Shown in pieces: positions 13,591 to 26,914 of a DNA stretch of 63,826 nucleotides. The DNA is from Lama glama (taxonomy: Eukaryota): contig CM052816.1 in the NCBI GenBank assembly GCA_028534125.1, forward strand, positions 6,760,175 through 6,824,000. Reading direction: 5' to 3'. The notes under the pieces are model-generated. The model saw only the letters and a list, made by a program, of their open reading frames with translations. It was not told the origin of the DNA and ran no database searches. Each line of letters opens with the position of its first letter. Position 1 is the stretch's first letter. Position numbers and translations under genes: made by a program.

Positions 13591-15051
13591 TGCATTCTAA
13601 GAAAAATCATCAAAACATAAAGCTAGAAATCTCTTAAAAGTCTTTAAAAATACTAATAATTGCTAGCATTTGTTGAGTCCTTTACTATGTGACAGGCACT
13701 GTGCTACGCGTTCTTTGCACTTGATCTCATTTACTCCTCACAGCCAGCCTTAGAGGTAGGAACTCCTGTGATTCCCATTGCAGATAAGGAAAAGGAGGGT
13801 CATGGAGGTTAAGTATCTCTCCTCTGATCTCAGTTCACAGCTCAAGTAACATGTTTCCAGAGGCTACATCCTGATCCTTCAACCTACATAGCATCCCACT
13901 GATAATGGCAGGAAACAGGACTGGGACCCAGAGCCCAGTCTCAACACTGTTTTGCTACCAACACAGTGGGTGAGCATAAACAAGTACTTAACCCTCCTGT
14001 GCTTTCTTACTTCAAAATCCAAGGCACTGGAAAATTTATTTCTCCATTTCTACTTAATCCTAGTTTATACATCTATCAAAACCTTTTAGTCACTTGCTGT
14101 CTGGAATGAGCACCATTTCTGATTCATTCAGGCTCTTTATACACACTCCTGCTGCCCTATTGGGTCCTGGTGTCTCAAATTCCACCGTGAGCTCTTTATT
14201 CCTTAAGATTAAGGCATAGCAGTTCCAGAATAGTATAGTGCATGTGTTGTAGCCCTTGGAGCCTGGGATCAGGTGTAGAGATCACTCAAATTCCTCACAG
14301 TCTAGCAGACGATACAAAGGGATGAACAACCAACCAGGGTACTATGTTGTGTGTTAAGTCCTTTACTGTAAAGCAGTGATACTTGGAGTGGTGGGCAAGA
14401 GTGTGGGCTCTGGAGACAGGGAGAGCTGGGTAAAGCTTCTCTTTAGCCCCAATTTCGTCATCTATAAAATGAGACAATAACAAGATATACTGCTACATAG
14501 GGCGCTATATGCCTGAGGCACTGCATACAAAGCGCAGGGGAACAATGATTAATCTTACTCACAACTGTTACTATATTATTAAGGAATTGGACAAATTGAA
14601 GATTCTTTTGGAATCAAAGAGGAAAGGGGGAAACAAATGCTCAGAGAGGATGAGTTGCTCAAGGTCAAATAGCTAGTAAAATTGAGAATACTACACAGAG
14701 CAGTGTAGCACTTGAATGGGAGATTTGACTAAATGCCTTCTATTATCCATGAAATTCTGTATGTCTCTGACCTTGTAGAATAAGCTGTGTCCTTCCTGTT
14801 TCTTTGACATTTCCCTCCAATCACCATATATAACCAGAAGTTGGCAAGAACTATAGCCCCGAATCTCCTGTGCTGTGGTGGGAGGGTTCCTCAACAAGAT
14901 TGATGTCCCCATCTTTCTTGAGGGTACAGATTGTTCCCACAGGAAATATGACTGCTCAGAAATGATGCTGTATTTGGCACTATCTTCACTCATGTATTAT
15001 CCTCTATTCCTCACTGGAGTCATCACTGGCACTCTCTGGAATTCTACTTAC

Positions 15052-15108
15052 GTGATTTTTTTCTTCTTTTCATTTGCTTCCTCTCAGAGTAGTTATATAA
15101 TCACAACG
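15052..15108 (-). other. Candidate 57-nt internal exon
   Basis: Acceptor tattttgacttccag| and consensus donor CAC|gtaagt. Confidence 0.3.
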
Positions 15109-15134
15109 CTGGAAGTCAAAATATGACTCTATAT

Positions 15135-15347
15135 CAGTAATTCTCAAATCAGGGTCAATCTGCACCCCCAGGGGACATTTGGCAACATTGGGAAACATTT
15201 TTAGCTGTCACAACTGGGGAGAGGAGGTTGCTAGCATCTAGTAAGTAGAGGCTAAGGATGCTGATGAATGGCCTCCAATATGCAGGACACTCTCCAACAA
15301 AGAATTATCTGGCCCCAAATGGCAATGGTGCCAAGGTTGAGACACTG
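15135..15347 (+). mobile_element. MER20 hAT-Charlie MITE
   Basis: cccccaggggacatttggcaa...ttgctagcatctagtaagtagaggctaaggatgctg...aaagaattatctggccccaaat. Degenerate TSD ctctatat/ctctacag. Confidence 0.9.
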
Positions 15348-16810
15348 CTCTACAGGGATAAAAGCACTTATATATTCCTTTGCCCATTTGATTCTTAGCA
15401 CATCTGTGTGATGAAAGCGAGGTCAGTATCCACATTCATCCTGAAATATCTCCTTATAGAGATGAGGATAGAGACAGACAGGAGCTCCCACTATTGGGCT
15501 GAGAAAACTGAGACCCAAGGAAGTAAAGTGAACAGCACAAGGCCACCAAATGAGGTAGGTCACAGCTAAAACTTGGAATCTTCTGACTTCCAGCTGCCTC
15601 ACTGTCAGCACGTTTTTTAAGAAATACAATAAAAAGTTTCTCCCACTCTAGCAGTGAAGAGTAGCACAAAGCCAGACAACCTTAAAGTAGTAAATGATCA
15701 TATTTTCTTAAGCAATCATAGAATATTAGCTTGGGAAAGATCCTGAGAGGTTATTTAATACTATTCTATCATTTTACAAATGGGAAAAAACAGAGGCCCA
15801 TGCCACAAAGTAGATGCATTCGTAGAGCAGAATATGCCAGAAATGATGTACCTTCTGTTCACTCATAAAATGGTCTATTGGTCACAGTGCTAGAGAAAAT
15901 ACTTGAAACCTCAGTAGTCTGTGTACACTTACATGGGAAAGATACAGAGAAACAAAGCCAGCATAAAATGGGGACAGATGGGCTATATAATGGGGACTTG
16001 AGAGGGTTGGAAGGGACAGAGAAGGTCCGTGACAGAGAGTAGGTGAGGCCAAAGTAAGGCTCTAGACACTGAGGTGAGGACCGGAAAAAGTAGGAATAGA
16101 GAAGGAGAAAAAAGGATGGGACAGTGTGTTTTGGAATTCCCATGCTCCTTAAGTCTCTTGAGAAATGAGAAAAGAGAATATGCCACACAAACTAATCAGA
16201 AACTGTACTTTAAAAAAACCTGTATCATTATTTTCTAACTACAAAGACAATATGTGCTTATTACAAAAATAAGTATTACGGAAAAATATAAAGTAGAGCA
16301 TGACATTTTCCTAGTTTCTCACTCCCCTCAAATACTGTTAGCAGCTTCATTTACATTCTATGTCTCTATTCTAGTCTCTATTCTATATGATAAGCTATTA
16401 ACTTTTTTTTGGCATCTACACAAAATGTACGATGTCTTGAATTTTCATATGGAATGTATAATGGACATATTTTCACAGCAGTATGCATAGAGGCAGTGTA
16501 TTCTTCTTCCTGACTATACAGTAACTTATTATTTGGATATCTCATAATTCATTATCCGTAAATACCCATTTCCCTTCTTGTGTGAGGACTTCCATATGGT
16601 AATTCCTACGTGGGAAGTTGCTATGGAACTCTATGGAATCCTTCAGTAGGATCTGCACATTTAAAATTTGATAGTCAGGTTGCCCCCAATAATTTCAATC
16701 AATATTAACTCCTCCCAAATGGACATTTTAAATTAGTGGCCACCTTCTGCTTGAAGCAGTCCCTGATTTCTCCAGCTGGAAATAAGCCCATGCCTTCCGA
16801 ACATTGCTAC

Positions 16811-16899
16811 CTTTTGTCGGGACAGTTCTCCTGGTCTTTTTCGCCTTGGTGGCAGCTCCACATTTGAATCAACTTCTATTATCCTTCGGGTGTCAGTAC
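16811..16899 (-). other. Candidate 89-nt internal exon, single open frame (G)TDTRRIIEVDSNVELPPRRKRPGELSRQK
   Basis: Very strong acceptor ttttcctttcctcttttgtgttccag| and donor AAG|gtagca. Purine-rich body in non-repeat DNA. Confidence 0.4.
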
Positions 16900-16996
16900 C
16901 TGGAACACAAAAGAGGAAAGGAAAATGAGTATAAAGTGAAGATTCCAGGGTTTCATTAGCTGCTTCTAGCTCCTTCCTTTTTTCTGCTGATCTCAC

Positions 16997-17031
16997 CTGG
17001 ACAGTTTCTGCCCAACATGTATCTTGTCTGG
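16997..17031 (-). other. Candidate 31/35-nt exon with ATG (MLGRNCP) in phase with the 89-nt exon
   Basis: Donor CAG|gtgaga at 16996, a 97-nt intron to the acceptor at 16900, and a pyrimidine tract upstream of gcgcag|. Confidence 0.3.
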
Positions 17032-18354
17032 CTGCGCCAACCAGGGAGAAATGAATTAAGAAGGACAGCTAATTAGAAGATCACATAACCCACAGAACTG
17101 AGTAACTCAGACCTTCTGAAGATGTTTCACTACTCCAAACGTTCTAAATAAATCATGGGCCTTCTAGGGATGGTCCTTTGCATTTTGTCCTGAAAATCAA
17201 AGCAAAATGTCAATATTCTCTCTGAAGATGAAAGCTCTGAACTGAAACTCTGGTAAAGAATCAGGTCCAGAATAAGAGATTATCTGTCTTCAAGTGCTTA
17301 CACAAGATAAAGGGCCTTCGGCCACTCTTCCTGAAGCCCTGTTCCCTGGAACCCCAAGCCCATGATGGACTTTTGGGAATAAAAGACTGGTTTCAATAAA
17401 TTGGCAAATATCATGCAGTATGTTCCCCTCTTAGGTATTCACAAGGCATATTCACAACCAAGAGTCTCTGAAGAGGCTTTTCAAAACCCCCTGCTGCTAA
17501 GAAACCTGTGCAACATATGAATACTGAAGTTACACACTACAGGAAACATGTCCATGGACAAGTTTTGCTTTCCTCTTTCCTGAGGCACCCTCTCGAGACT
17601 CTGTTCAAAAAAGGGGTGATGTTTGGGAATCACATAAAGCGACTTCATAATCCAGCACTGTTACAGCAGTCACACCAATGGCTTAGCACCTACTAAGGGT
17701 CCAGCAGTGGGAATATAACAGCAAGCCATGAGGCCCCTACTCTCTAGTCTAACTCTTGGGATGATGTCATCTTCAAACCTGTTATCCCCACTCCCACCCC
17801 CAGCAAAACATCCTCAGTGATTCAGGGAGCCTAGAAGATGCTCTTTGCTGGGGAAAGAACACAACATTAGTATTCTTCCTGAAGAACAAAAAAAGTCATC
17901 AGAAAGCGGGTTCTCCTGTGCTTTCTGAGTTAGGATTGGAGAAAGTCTAATGGAAGGATAAAATTAGCTCTACTGGTATTTCAACGTAAACAATACAGAA
18001 GCTATAAGCACTCTGACAGACTCTTTATAATCTGTGAAATATGAACACACAAACCTTGAAAGCCCAGTTACTGAAGTTTTTTTATTGTTAAAACAACTAG
18101 AACTATATGGAATGTTTCTGAAACTCATCCTAGAGTCCTGATAAATGTATGGAGGTAGAATTCTTGTCTCTGCCTCTGTTGAAGTACAAAACTGAGTCAA
18201 GAGAAACTCTTAATGGCTTATGTACTAAAAGGAACAGGGTCATTTATTATCGGGGGAGTATAACTCTCTCACATATTATTAATACTAGCTCTTTACAGAG
18301 CAATTTGACAATATCTATCAAATTTTAAACATACATACCATTTGACCCAGCAGT

Positions 18355-19455
18355 TAATTCATTAACTCATTCAACACATATTTACTGTGTATCACTGAAG
18401 ATGCTGGAGATACGGCAGAGAAAACAAGGTTTTCTCCCTCAGGGTGCTCCCTCATGAGAGAAGCACATCAAACAAACAAACAATGAACATACAATATTTT
18501 AGGTGATGATAAAGGGTAAGGAGAAAAATTAAAAAATAAGTCAGGCTAAAGGGAAGGGAGAGTGTCAAGTTGGGATGAAGGTATTCAGGGAAGGTCTCTC
18601 CAATCAGGTGAAAAGTGAGATGCCTGAAGGGAATGAGGGATGAGCTATGTGGATACCTTGTGAAAAAGTGTTCCAGGCATGGTGACACTGTATGCTCCAA
18701 GGTCAGAGCGCAGCTGGCATTTTAAGAAACAGAAATGAAGCCAGCGTGGCCAGAGCAAAGTGAGATAACTCAGAGAGGCTGCAGGACCCAAAGGATGCAG
18801 GAGTCACAAATCAGATGATATAGGGCCTCCAGGCCAGAGTGAGGATCTTGCTTTTACTCTAAGAGAGATGGGAAGCCACTGGGACATGCTGAGCAGAGCT
18901 GTGCATAACATAATGTTTTTAGAGAATTACCGTGTCCTCTTGTATGGAGAAGTGATCGTAGGGGAGCAATGCAGAAAGAGAGACAAGATAGGAGGTCATG
19001 GCAAGAATCTAGGGAAGAGAGGATGGTGGTCTGGACCAGAGTGGCAGCCATGGAGTAGGATGAACTGATCACAGCTAGGACAGGATGTGCTGATCAGATC
19101 TGCTGATAGTTTGGACATGAGTAAAACAGAGGCAACAAGGATGAGTATGAGATTTTTGGCCTGAGCCACCGGAAGGCTGGAATGTCATTTACTAAAATGG
19201 AGAAAACTTGAAAAATAAAAAAACAGGCTTTGAGGGATGGATTCAGCAAATTAGGAGTTGAGACTCCTAGACTTGTTGATTTTGAGAAGCAATTTAGGCA
19301 TCCAAATGGAGATATTAAGTAGGCAAATAAATACAAAGATCTGAATTCAGAGCATGGGTCAGACTGGGAATATATATTTGGAGGTGTCATTGTATGATAT
19401 TTAAGGTCACATAATCAAGCAAGATATTCTAGGGTGTGGGTCTAAATAGGACAGA
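18355..19455 (-). mobile_element. LINE-2 (L2a-like) 3' region
   Basis: Starts at ttcattaactcattcaacacatatttact (reverse L2 tail), then purine-rich L2 body (gatgggaagccactgg, aggcatccaaatggagat). Confidence 0.85.
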
Positions 19456-21554
19456 AGAGAGGGTCATATTCTATTTTATTCCACCCAAACACTTACGGAT
19501 ATGTGAAAAGTAACATATGTACAAGAACATTCACAGGAGCATCATAATGCCAAAGGTTGAAAGCAACAGAAATCCATTGATAAAGAAGGGGAGAAGTAAT
19601 TATAGTACAACCTTACAATAAATTCTTCAGTAGTCTTTTAAAAAATGAAGTCACCTTCTGCTAACATCATACTTACGGCTGAAAAACTGAATGTTTTCCT
19701 CCTAAGATCAGAAACAACATATGGAGGTCTACTCTTACTACTCTTACTCAATAAAGTGTTGGAAGTTCCAACCACTGAAGTAAGTCAAGAAAAAGAAATA
19801 AAAGGCACACAGACTGAAATGAAGAAATAAAATTAGCCCTATTTACAGGTAACTTGATTGTCTAATGTATAAAATGCCTCAGAATCTACATACCATAAGT
19901 TCTAGAATTTTTCAGCAGTAAGTTCATCAGACTTACAGGATATAAGATCAGAGCTCAAAAAATAAATGCATTTTATACTAACAAGAATCTGTGGAAATTG
20001 AAATTAAAACACAGAACCACTGTATTAATCTTTTCACAATGTATACATATATTAAATCAGTACATTGAGCAAAGTTTTAAAAATCATGTTGTACAATCTA
20101 AATATATACAATTTTTATTTCCCAACCATACATCAATAAAGCTAGGGAAAATACACAGTACCATTTACAAACACTCCAGAAAAATGAAAGGTTTAAATTT
20201 AAACATGCACAGAGTATCTGTCTGCTGAAAATTACACAATGCTGATGAAATATACCAAAGAAGACCTAAGTGAATGGAGAGCATAGTAAATATTCAAGGT
20301 AGTAAAGATATCACTTCCCCCTAAACTGATCTACAGGTGCAATGCAGTTACTAACAAAAGCCCAGCAAACATTTTATATGCATAGCCAAGCTTATTCTGA
20401 AATTCATGTGGAAAGCCACAGTCCCCAGGATAGCTAAAACTATCTTTCTTAAAAGAATAAAGTGGAAGAAATCAGTCTACTTGATTTCATGACTTACTAT
20501 ATGTTATGATAATCAAGACATGGAGATACTGGTGGATGGACAGACACACAGATCAATGCAACAGAACAGAAAACACATAAATAGGCTCATGCCAGTATGT
20601 GCGACTGATTTTTGATAAAGGTGCAAAAGCAAATCACTGGAAGAAGACAGTATCTTCAACAATTGGTGGTGGAATAATTGGACCCCAATGAGCAAAAAAA
20701 CAAAACAAAACAAACTCAACTTAAATGTCACATCTTATACAAAAATTAACTTAAAACGGGTTATGGACTTCAATGTAAAATGTAAAACTATAAAACTTTA
20801 AAAGAAAACATAGCAGAAAATCTTCAGGATCTAGTGCTAGACAAAGAGTTCTTAGACTTGACTCCAAAAGCATCATCTAGAAAAGAAAATACTGATAAAC
20901 TGGATCTCATCAAAATTAAAAACTCTTGCTCTGTAAAAATCCATGGAAAGACAATGGAAAGACAAGTTACAGACTAGAAGAAAATATTTGCAAGCCATAT
21001 ATCCAACAAAGGACTGGCATCTAAAATATATTTTAAAACTCTCAAAACTTAACAGTAGAAAATAAAACAATCCAATTAGAAAATAAGCAAAAGACATAAA
21101 CAGACATTTCAACAAAGAGGATATACAAAAGAAAAGGCACAAGGAAAGATGTTCAATATCATTAGCCATCAGGGGAAAGCAAATTAAAATCATAATGAGA
21201 TATCATTACACATCGAATAGAATGGCTAAAATTAAAACATAGTGACAACCCCAAATACTGGTATGGATACAGAGAAAGTGAAAAACTTCCACATTGCTGG
21301 GAGGAAGTGGAATTGTAAAATGGTACAGGCACTGTGGAAAAATCTGGCACTTTCTTATAAAACTAAACATGCAATTACCACACAAATCAGCAATCATACA
21401 CTTGGGCATTTATCACAGAAAATTGAAAACTCATGTTTACACAAAAATCTGTATATAAATACTCATAACAGCTTATGCATAATAATAAAAATTTGAAAAC
21501 AGCCCAGATGTCCAGCAGATGAATGGTGAAACAAACTAAGATACATAAATACAT

Positions 21555-23228
21555 TGTGAGTCTTTTGAGGAATCTCCATACTGTTTTCCACAGTGGCTGC
21601 ACCAAACTGCATTTCCACCAGCAGTGCAGGAGGGTTCCCTTTTCTCCACAGCCTCTCCAGCACTTGTCATTTGTGGATTTTTAAATGATGGCCATTCTGA
21701 CTGGTGTGTGGTCATATCTCATTGTAGCTTTGATTTTCATTTCTCTGATAATTAGTAATATTGAGCATTTTTTCATGTACCTATTGATCATTTGTATGTC
21801 TTCCTTGGAGAATTGCTTGTTTAGGTCTTCTGCCCATTTTTGGATTGGGTTGTTTGTTTTTTTCTTATTAAGTCATATGAGCTGCTTATATATTCTGGAG
21901 ATCAAGCCTTTGTCAGTTTCATTTGCAAAAATGTTCTCCNNNNNNNNNNNNNNNNNNNNNNNNNNNNNNNNNNNNNNNNNNNNNNNNNNNNNNNNNNNNN
22001 NNNNNNNNNNNNNNNNNNNNNNNNNNNNNNNNNNNNNNNNNNNNNNNNNNNNNNNNNNNNNNNNNNNNNNNNNNNNNNNNNNNNNNNNNNNNNNNNNNNN
22101 NNNNNNNNNNNNNNNNNNNNNNNNNNNNNNNNNNNNNNNNNNNNNNNNNNNNNNNNNNNNNNNNNNNNNNNNNNNNNNNNNNNNNNNNNNNNNNNNNNNN
22201 NNNNNNNNNNNNNNNNNNNNNNNNNNNNNNNNNNNNNNNNNNNNNNNNNNNNNNNNNNNNNNNNNNNNNNNNNNNNNNNNNNNNNNNNNNNNNNNNNNNN
22301 NNNNNNNNNNNNNNNNNNNNNNNNNNNNNNNNNNNNNNNNNNNNNNNNNNNNNNNNNNNNNNNNNNNNNNNNNNNNNNNNNNNNNNNNNNNNNNNNNNNN
22401 NNNNNNNNNNNNNNNNNNNNNNNNNNNNNNNNNNNNNNNTTGTCTTTTTGTTTTACTTATGGTTTCCTTTGCTGTGCAGAAGCTTGTAAGTTTCACTATA
22501 AATAGACTTACCATGTGACCAAGGAATCCCGCTCCTGGGCATATATCCAGAAGGAACCCTACTTCAAAATGACACCTGTACCCCAATGTTCACAGCAGCA
22601 CTATTTACAATAGCCAAGACATGGAAACAGCCTAAATGTCCATTAACAGATGATTGGATAAAGAAGATGTGGTATATTTATACAATGGGATACTATTCAG
22701 CCATAAAAACCAACAACATAACATTTGCAGCAACATGGATGCTCCTGGAGAATGTCATTCTAAGAGAAGTAAGCCAGAAAGAGAAAGAAAAATACCGCAT
22801 GAGATCGCTCATATGTGGAATCGAAAAAAAAACAAAAACAAACAAACAAACGAAACCAAAACAAACAAAACAGAAATACAAAACAGAAACAGATTCATAG
22901 ACAGAATACAAACTTGTGGTTGCCAAGGGGGATGGGAGTAGGAAGGGATAGATTGGGAGTTCAAAATTTGCAGATACTGACAGGCATATGTAGAATAGAT
23001 AAGCAAGATCATACTGTATAGCACAGGGAAATATATACAAGATCTTATGGTAGCTCACAAAGAAAAATATGTGACAATGAATATATATGTTCATGTATAT
23101 GTTCATATACATGAACATATGTTCATGTATAACTGAAAAATTGTATTCTACACTGGTATTTGACACAATATTGTAAAATTATTATAAATCAAAAAATGTT
23201 AAAATAAAATAAAATAAAGGTAACATAA
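21555..23228 (+). mobile_element. Young L1 with 5' inversion (twin priming): inverted arm ~21556-22493, sense arm ~22495-23228
   Basis: Sense arm encodes the ORF2 C-terminus [19 protein letters not shown]. Inverted arm encodes [11 protein letters not shown]...[18 protein letters not shown]. Likely TSD ataaatacat at 21545-21554 and 23229-23238. Confidence 0.9.
21940..22439. other. Assembly gap (500 N)
   Basis: Run of exactly 500 n. Confidence 1.
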
Positions 23229-24058
23229 ATAAATACATACATACATACTGAGTAATAAAAAGGAACAAAGTACGGATACAAAGAACTTAGATGAATCTCC
23301 AGGGAGTTGTTGAATAAGAAAAGGCCAATCTCAAAAGGTAACGTAGTGTATGATTCCATTATTTAGAAATGAACAGATTAGTGAATGACAGGAATTAGGG
23401 ACCAGGAAGAAGTGGGAGAGAGGTGGGCATGATTATCAGGGATCCTTGTGGTGATAGAAATGTTCAATGTCTTGACTGGCAGTAGACACACAAAACTACA
23501 CACATAATAAAATTGCATAGAACTAAATGCCCACACACTTTCTCTCACACATAAATGAACACAGGTAAAATTGGGGGAATCTGAATGAGATCAGTAAATT
23601 GTATCAATGTCAACATCTGAGGTGTGATATTGTACTAATAGTTTTACAAAATGCTAATATTAAGGGAAATTATATAAATAGTGCACAAGAACTATGTTAT
23701 TTCTAACAACTGCATGAGAATCTAAAATATTAATATTTTCAATAAAAAAGTGATTGCTGAAACAAGTCACAAAATACAAAAAAATAAGAGACTACTCTTT
23801 TTATATTGATAAGGAAGATACTAGATATTTATCTGATTTAATTTATCCCTGATATAGCAGGTGAAAACACAAGACACATAAGGAAGACCTACCATTGTAA
23901 GGGAAAGGGGTAGAGCAGCCATGGATAGGACAATGGAGAAACTGATAACAGTGGTTACCTCTGGGGAGAGAAATGAAACCAGAGGGAAGGAATCCAGGGA
24001 GCAAGGAAGGGAGGGGAGACACATTTTTGCATTTGACCTTTCAAATTTTGAGCCATGG

Positions 24059-24791
24059 AACCCTCCTACACTGCTGGTGGGAATGCAGTTTGGTGCAGCC
24101 ATTGTGGAAAACAGTATGGAGATTCCTCAAAAGGCTAGGAATAGATTTACCATATGACCCAGGAATCCTACTCCTGGGCATATATCCAGAAGGAACCCTA
24201 CTTCAAAAAGATACCTGCACCCCAATGTTCATAGCAGCACTATTTACTATGGCCAAGACATGGAAATAGACTAAATGTCCATCAACAGATGACTGGATAA
24301 AGAAGAAGTAGTATACTTATACAATGGAATACTATTCAGTCATAAAAAATGACAGCATAACACTATTTGCAGCAACATGGATGCTCCTGGAGAATGTCAT
24401 TCTAAGTGAAGTAAGCCAGAAACAGAAAGAAAAATACCATATGAGATTGCTCATATGTGGAATCTAAAAAAAAAAAAAACAAAACAGAAACAGACTCATA
24501 GACATAGAATACAAATTTGTGGTTGCCAAGGGGGAGGGGAGTAGGAAGGGATAGATTGGGAGTTCAAAATTTGTAGATACTGACAAGGCATATGTAGAAT
24601 AGATAAACAAGATTATACTGTATAGGACAGGAAAATATATACAAGATCTTGTGGTAGCTCACAGCAAAAAAAAAAATGTGACAATGAATATACATATGTT
24701 CATGTATAACTGAAAAATTGTGCTCTACACTGGAATTTGACACAACATTGTAAAATGACTATAACTCAATAAAAAAAAAGATTAAAAATTT
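24059..24791 (+). mobile_element. Young 5'-truncated L1 with 13-bp TSD
   Basis: ORF2 end ([22 protein letters not shown]...PMFIAALFT), 3' UTR and A-tail. TSD ttttgagccatgg at 24046-24058 and 24792-24804. Confidence 0.92.
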
Positions 24792-26914
24792 TTTTGAGCC
24801 ATGGGAATACATAACCTATGATCCTGAAGAAATAATAAATTAATCTCAAATAAAAATAAGTTGTCCCGGAATGAAAATTGGTAAGCATAAACAATGAAAC
24901 AATAACAGAGAGCCAATCAATCAACACACGTTTTTAATTGTTCCCTGAGATAGATGCACAGATAAAGGCTTTGAAAGATTCAGAATAATGTATAGAAATC
25001 ATTACCAATATCAAGCTAGAGAGAAATGTTTACAAACAGGAAGAAATAACTAACATTATACAGTGGCTGTGCTAAGTACCAAATGAGTAGTCTAAGCAGT
25101 GAAGATGAAGAAAAAAATGGTGATCAGGGAATTTTGCAGAGTTGGGGGCAGAAGAAAGTTTTCCTACAATAGGTGGGATGATTTTGACCTTGAAGTTCAG
25201 AAAGAATCTGAACAGATAAAGAGGGGACCACTTTGAAGAAAACAGAAGTGATATTCTGTATCTTCAGAATGCTCTAGAGATTACTGAGTATGTTCAAATT
25301 ACTAGGGCGTTAATAAAAGTCCTCTGAAATGGGTGTTAACATTTTGCATATGCACAAACTGAAGACTAGAAAAATTAAATGAAGTTCCCAGTGTCGCATA
25401 TCTTGCAAGCTAAAGAGAATAGAACTAGGGATCCTGGCTGCTAAAGAGTCACTCATTCCACTCCACAAGAAATAACAAAGATTCAGATGGCAAATCCAGT
25501 AAGGATATACAAAGCTTCAGATGGCAAGTACAGTAAGGATACATGGGGCTTCATGTCTACCACCAGAGATGAAAATTTACACCCAGAAAATAGACAACTG
25601 ACAAATCCTTTGTTTGGTTCTAGATGTACCAAGATGAGTACTTTTCATAAATTTGCTCATTTTATCCTCACCATTGCCTTGGGATTAGAATATATTTAAT
25701 CCTAATTTTGTGGAAAAGGCACTCTGGGACTTGGAGATAAATAAAATGACCCAAAGCACAAAACTGTTACATGACAGGGTTAGGCTGTAAGCCCAGACTG
25801 GTGTGCTTCTATATCCAATGTTCTTTCCATATCACTGGGTATCAGGTTTTGCTAAGGTTACCAATACATTGCCTTGTATTTCCTAAATCCACCCTAATAA
25901 ACTATTTTCAAAAAAATAATGACTGGTCTGGCATTTTAAGAATGATTGTAAAAATAGTAATTATTCTAATTTTACACATTTATTTAATATTTTCTATTTC
26001 TTCTTTTGATCTTTATAACTACTTTAAAGATGAAAGAAATAAGGCTAATATGTTCTGCTTATTAATCAGAATCTGCCTTGTCCTCACAAACTTGCAGATA
26101 CAAAAATATCTGAGCTGGGAATTTCTAAGATATCAACCATTATGCTCTTTATAAATGAGTAAACACAGACATAGAGAAGTAGAGGGGCTTCCTCAGCTTC
26201 CCACAGCTGATTAGTTAAAGATTTGGGACCAGCACTCATGTCCCCTGGTTCTCAGCTCTGTGAGGGAATTACTGACAACAAGATGCAATAGGAAGTCAAC
26301 TCAAACCCTGAAACGTACAAAGTCCATAGACCAGGCTGTTAAGGAAGCTAAAAAAGGGAAAGATGGAGGAAGAAATATTTAAACAGTAACCCAGTAACAG
26401 TTGGGCTTTACAGATCACACAGACAAAAATCAATCTTCATCCACCGTCTAAAACTGAATCAGATATCTCAAAGGGACACACATAAACACACCCCCACCAT
26501 CTATGAAAACAAAGTCCAAAAAAAAATCAATTCCACTTTATGCATTTAGCTCCTGGGAAATATATTACGCCACTGAGATGAGTACTTTGATTCTGATTTG
26601 GTTTTTAATAAGACTTTTTAAAGTGGCCATCAGCCAGAATGAGATGTTTAAAAAAAAAAAATCCTACAACCCTATAGCCAGCAGGAAATGCAGACGTCTC
26701 TTAACCCATTCTGTCATTCTGCAGATAAAGAAACTAGGACACAGAACAGAACAAGGACTCAAAACAGAACAAGACATTCCCAAGTTGATCATTGAGATCA
26801 CAAGTAAGAGTCAGATTAGCTAATGCTTGATCAATAAAATCATGGACTTTGGAGGCAAAGAAACCTATATTCCAGTCCTGGAACTGGAGAAAACTCCACC
26901 ACTACTATCTGCCT

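Larger units (their letters stand above)
19645..23750 (+). mobile_element. Old L1 (ORF2 RT/C-terminal remnants and 3' UTR), split by a younger L1 at 21555-23228
   Basis: Remnant peptide ANIILTAEKLNVFLLRSET...LEV...QEKEIKG resembles L1 ORF2. The element resumes at 23239 (actgagtaataaaaaggaac). Confidence 0.9.

Noticed and set aside
21685..22586. Longest ORFs in the track (188-277 aa)
   Set aside because: They run through the 500-N gap; the real residues are L1 ORF2 or its antisense.
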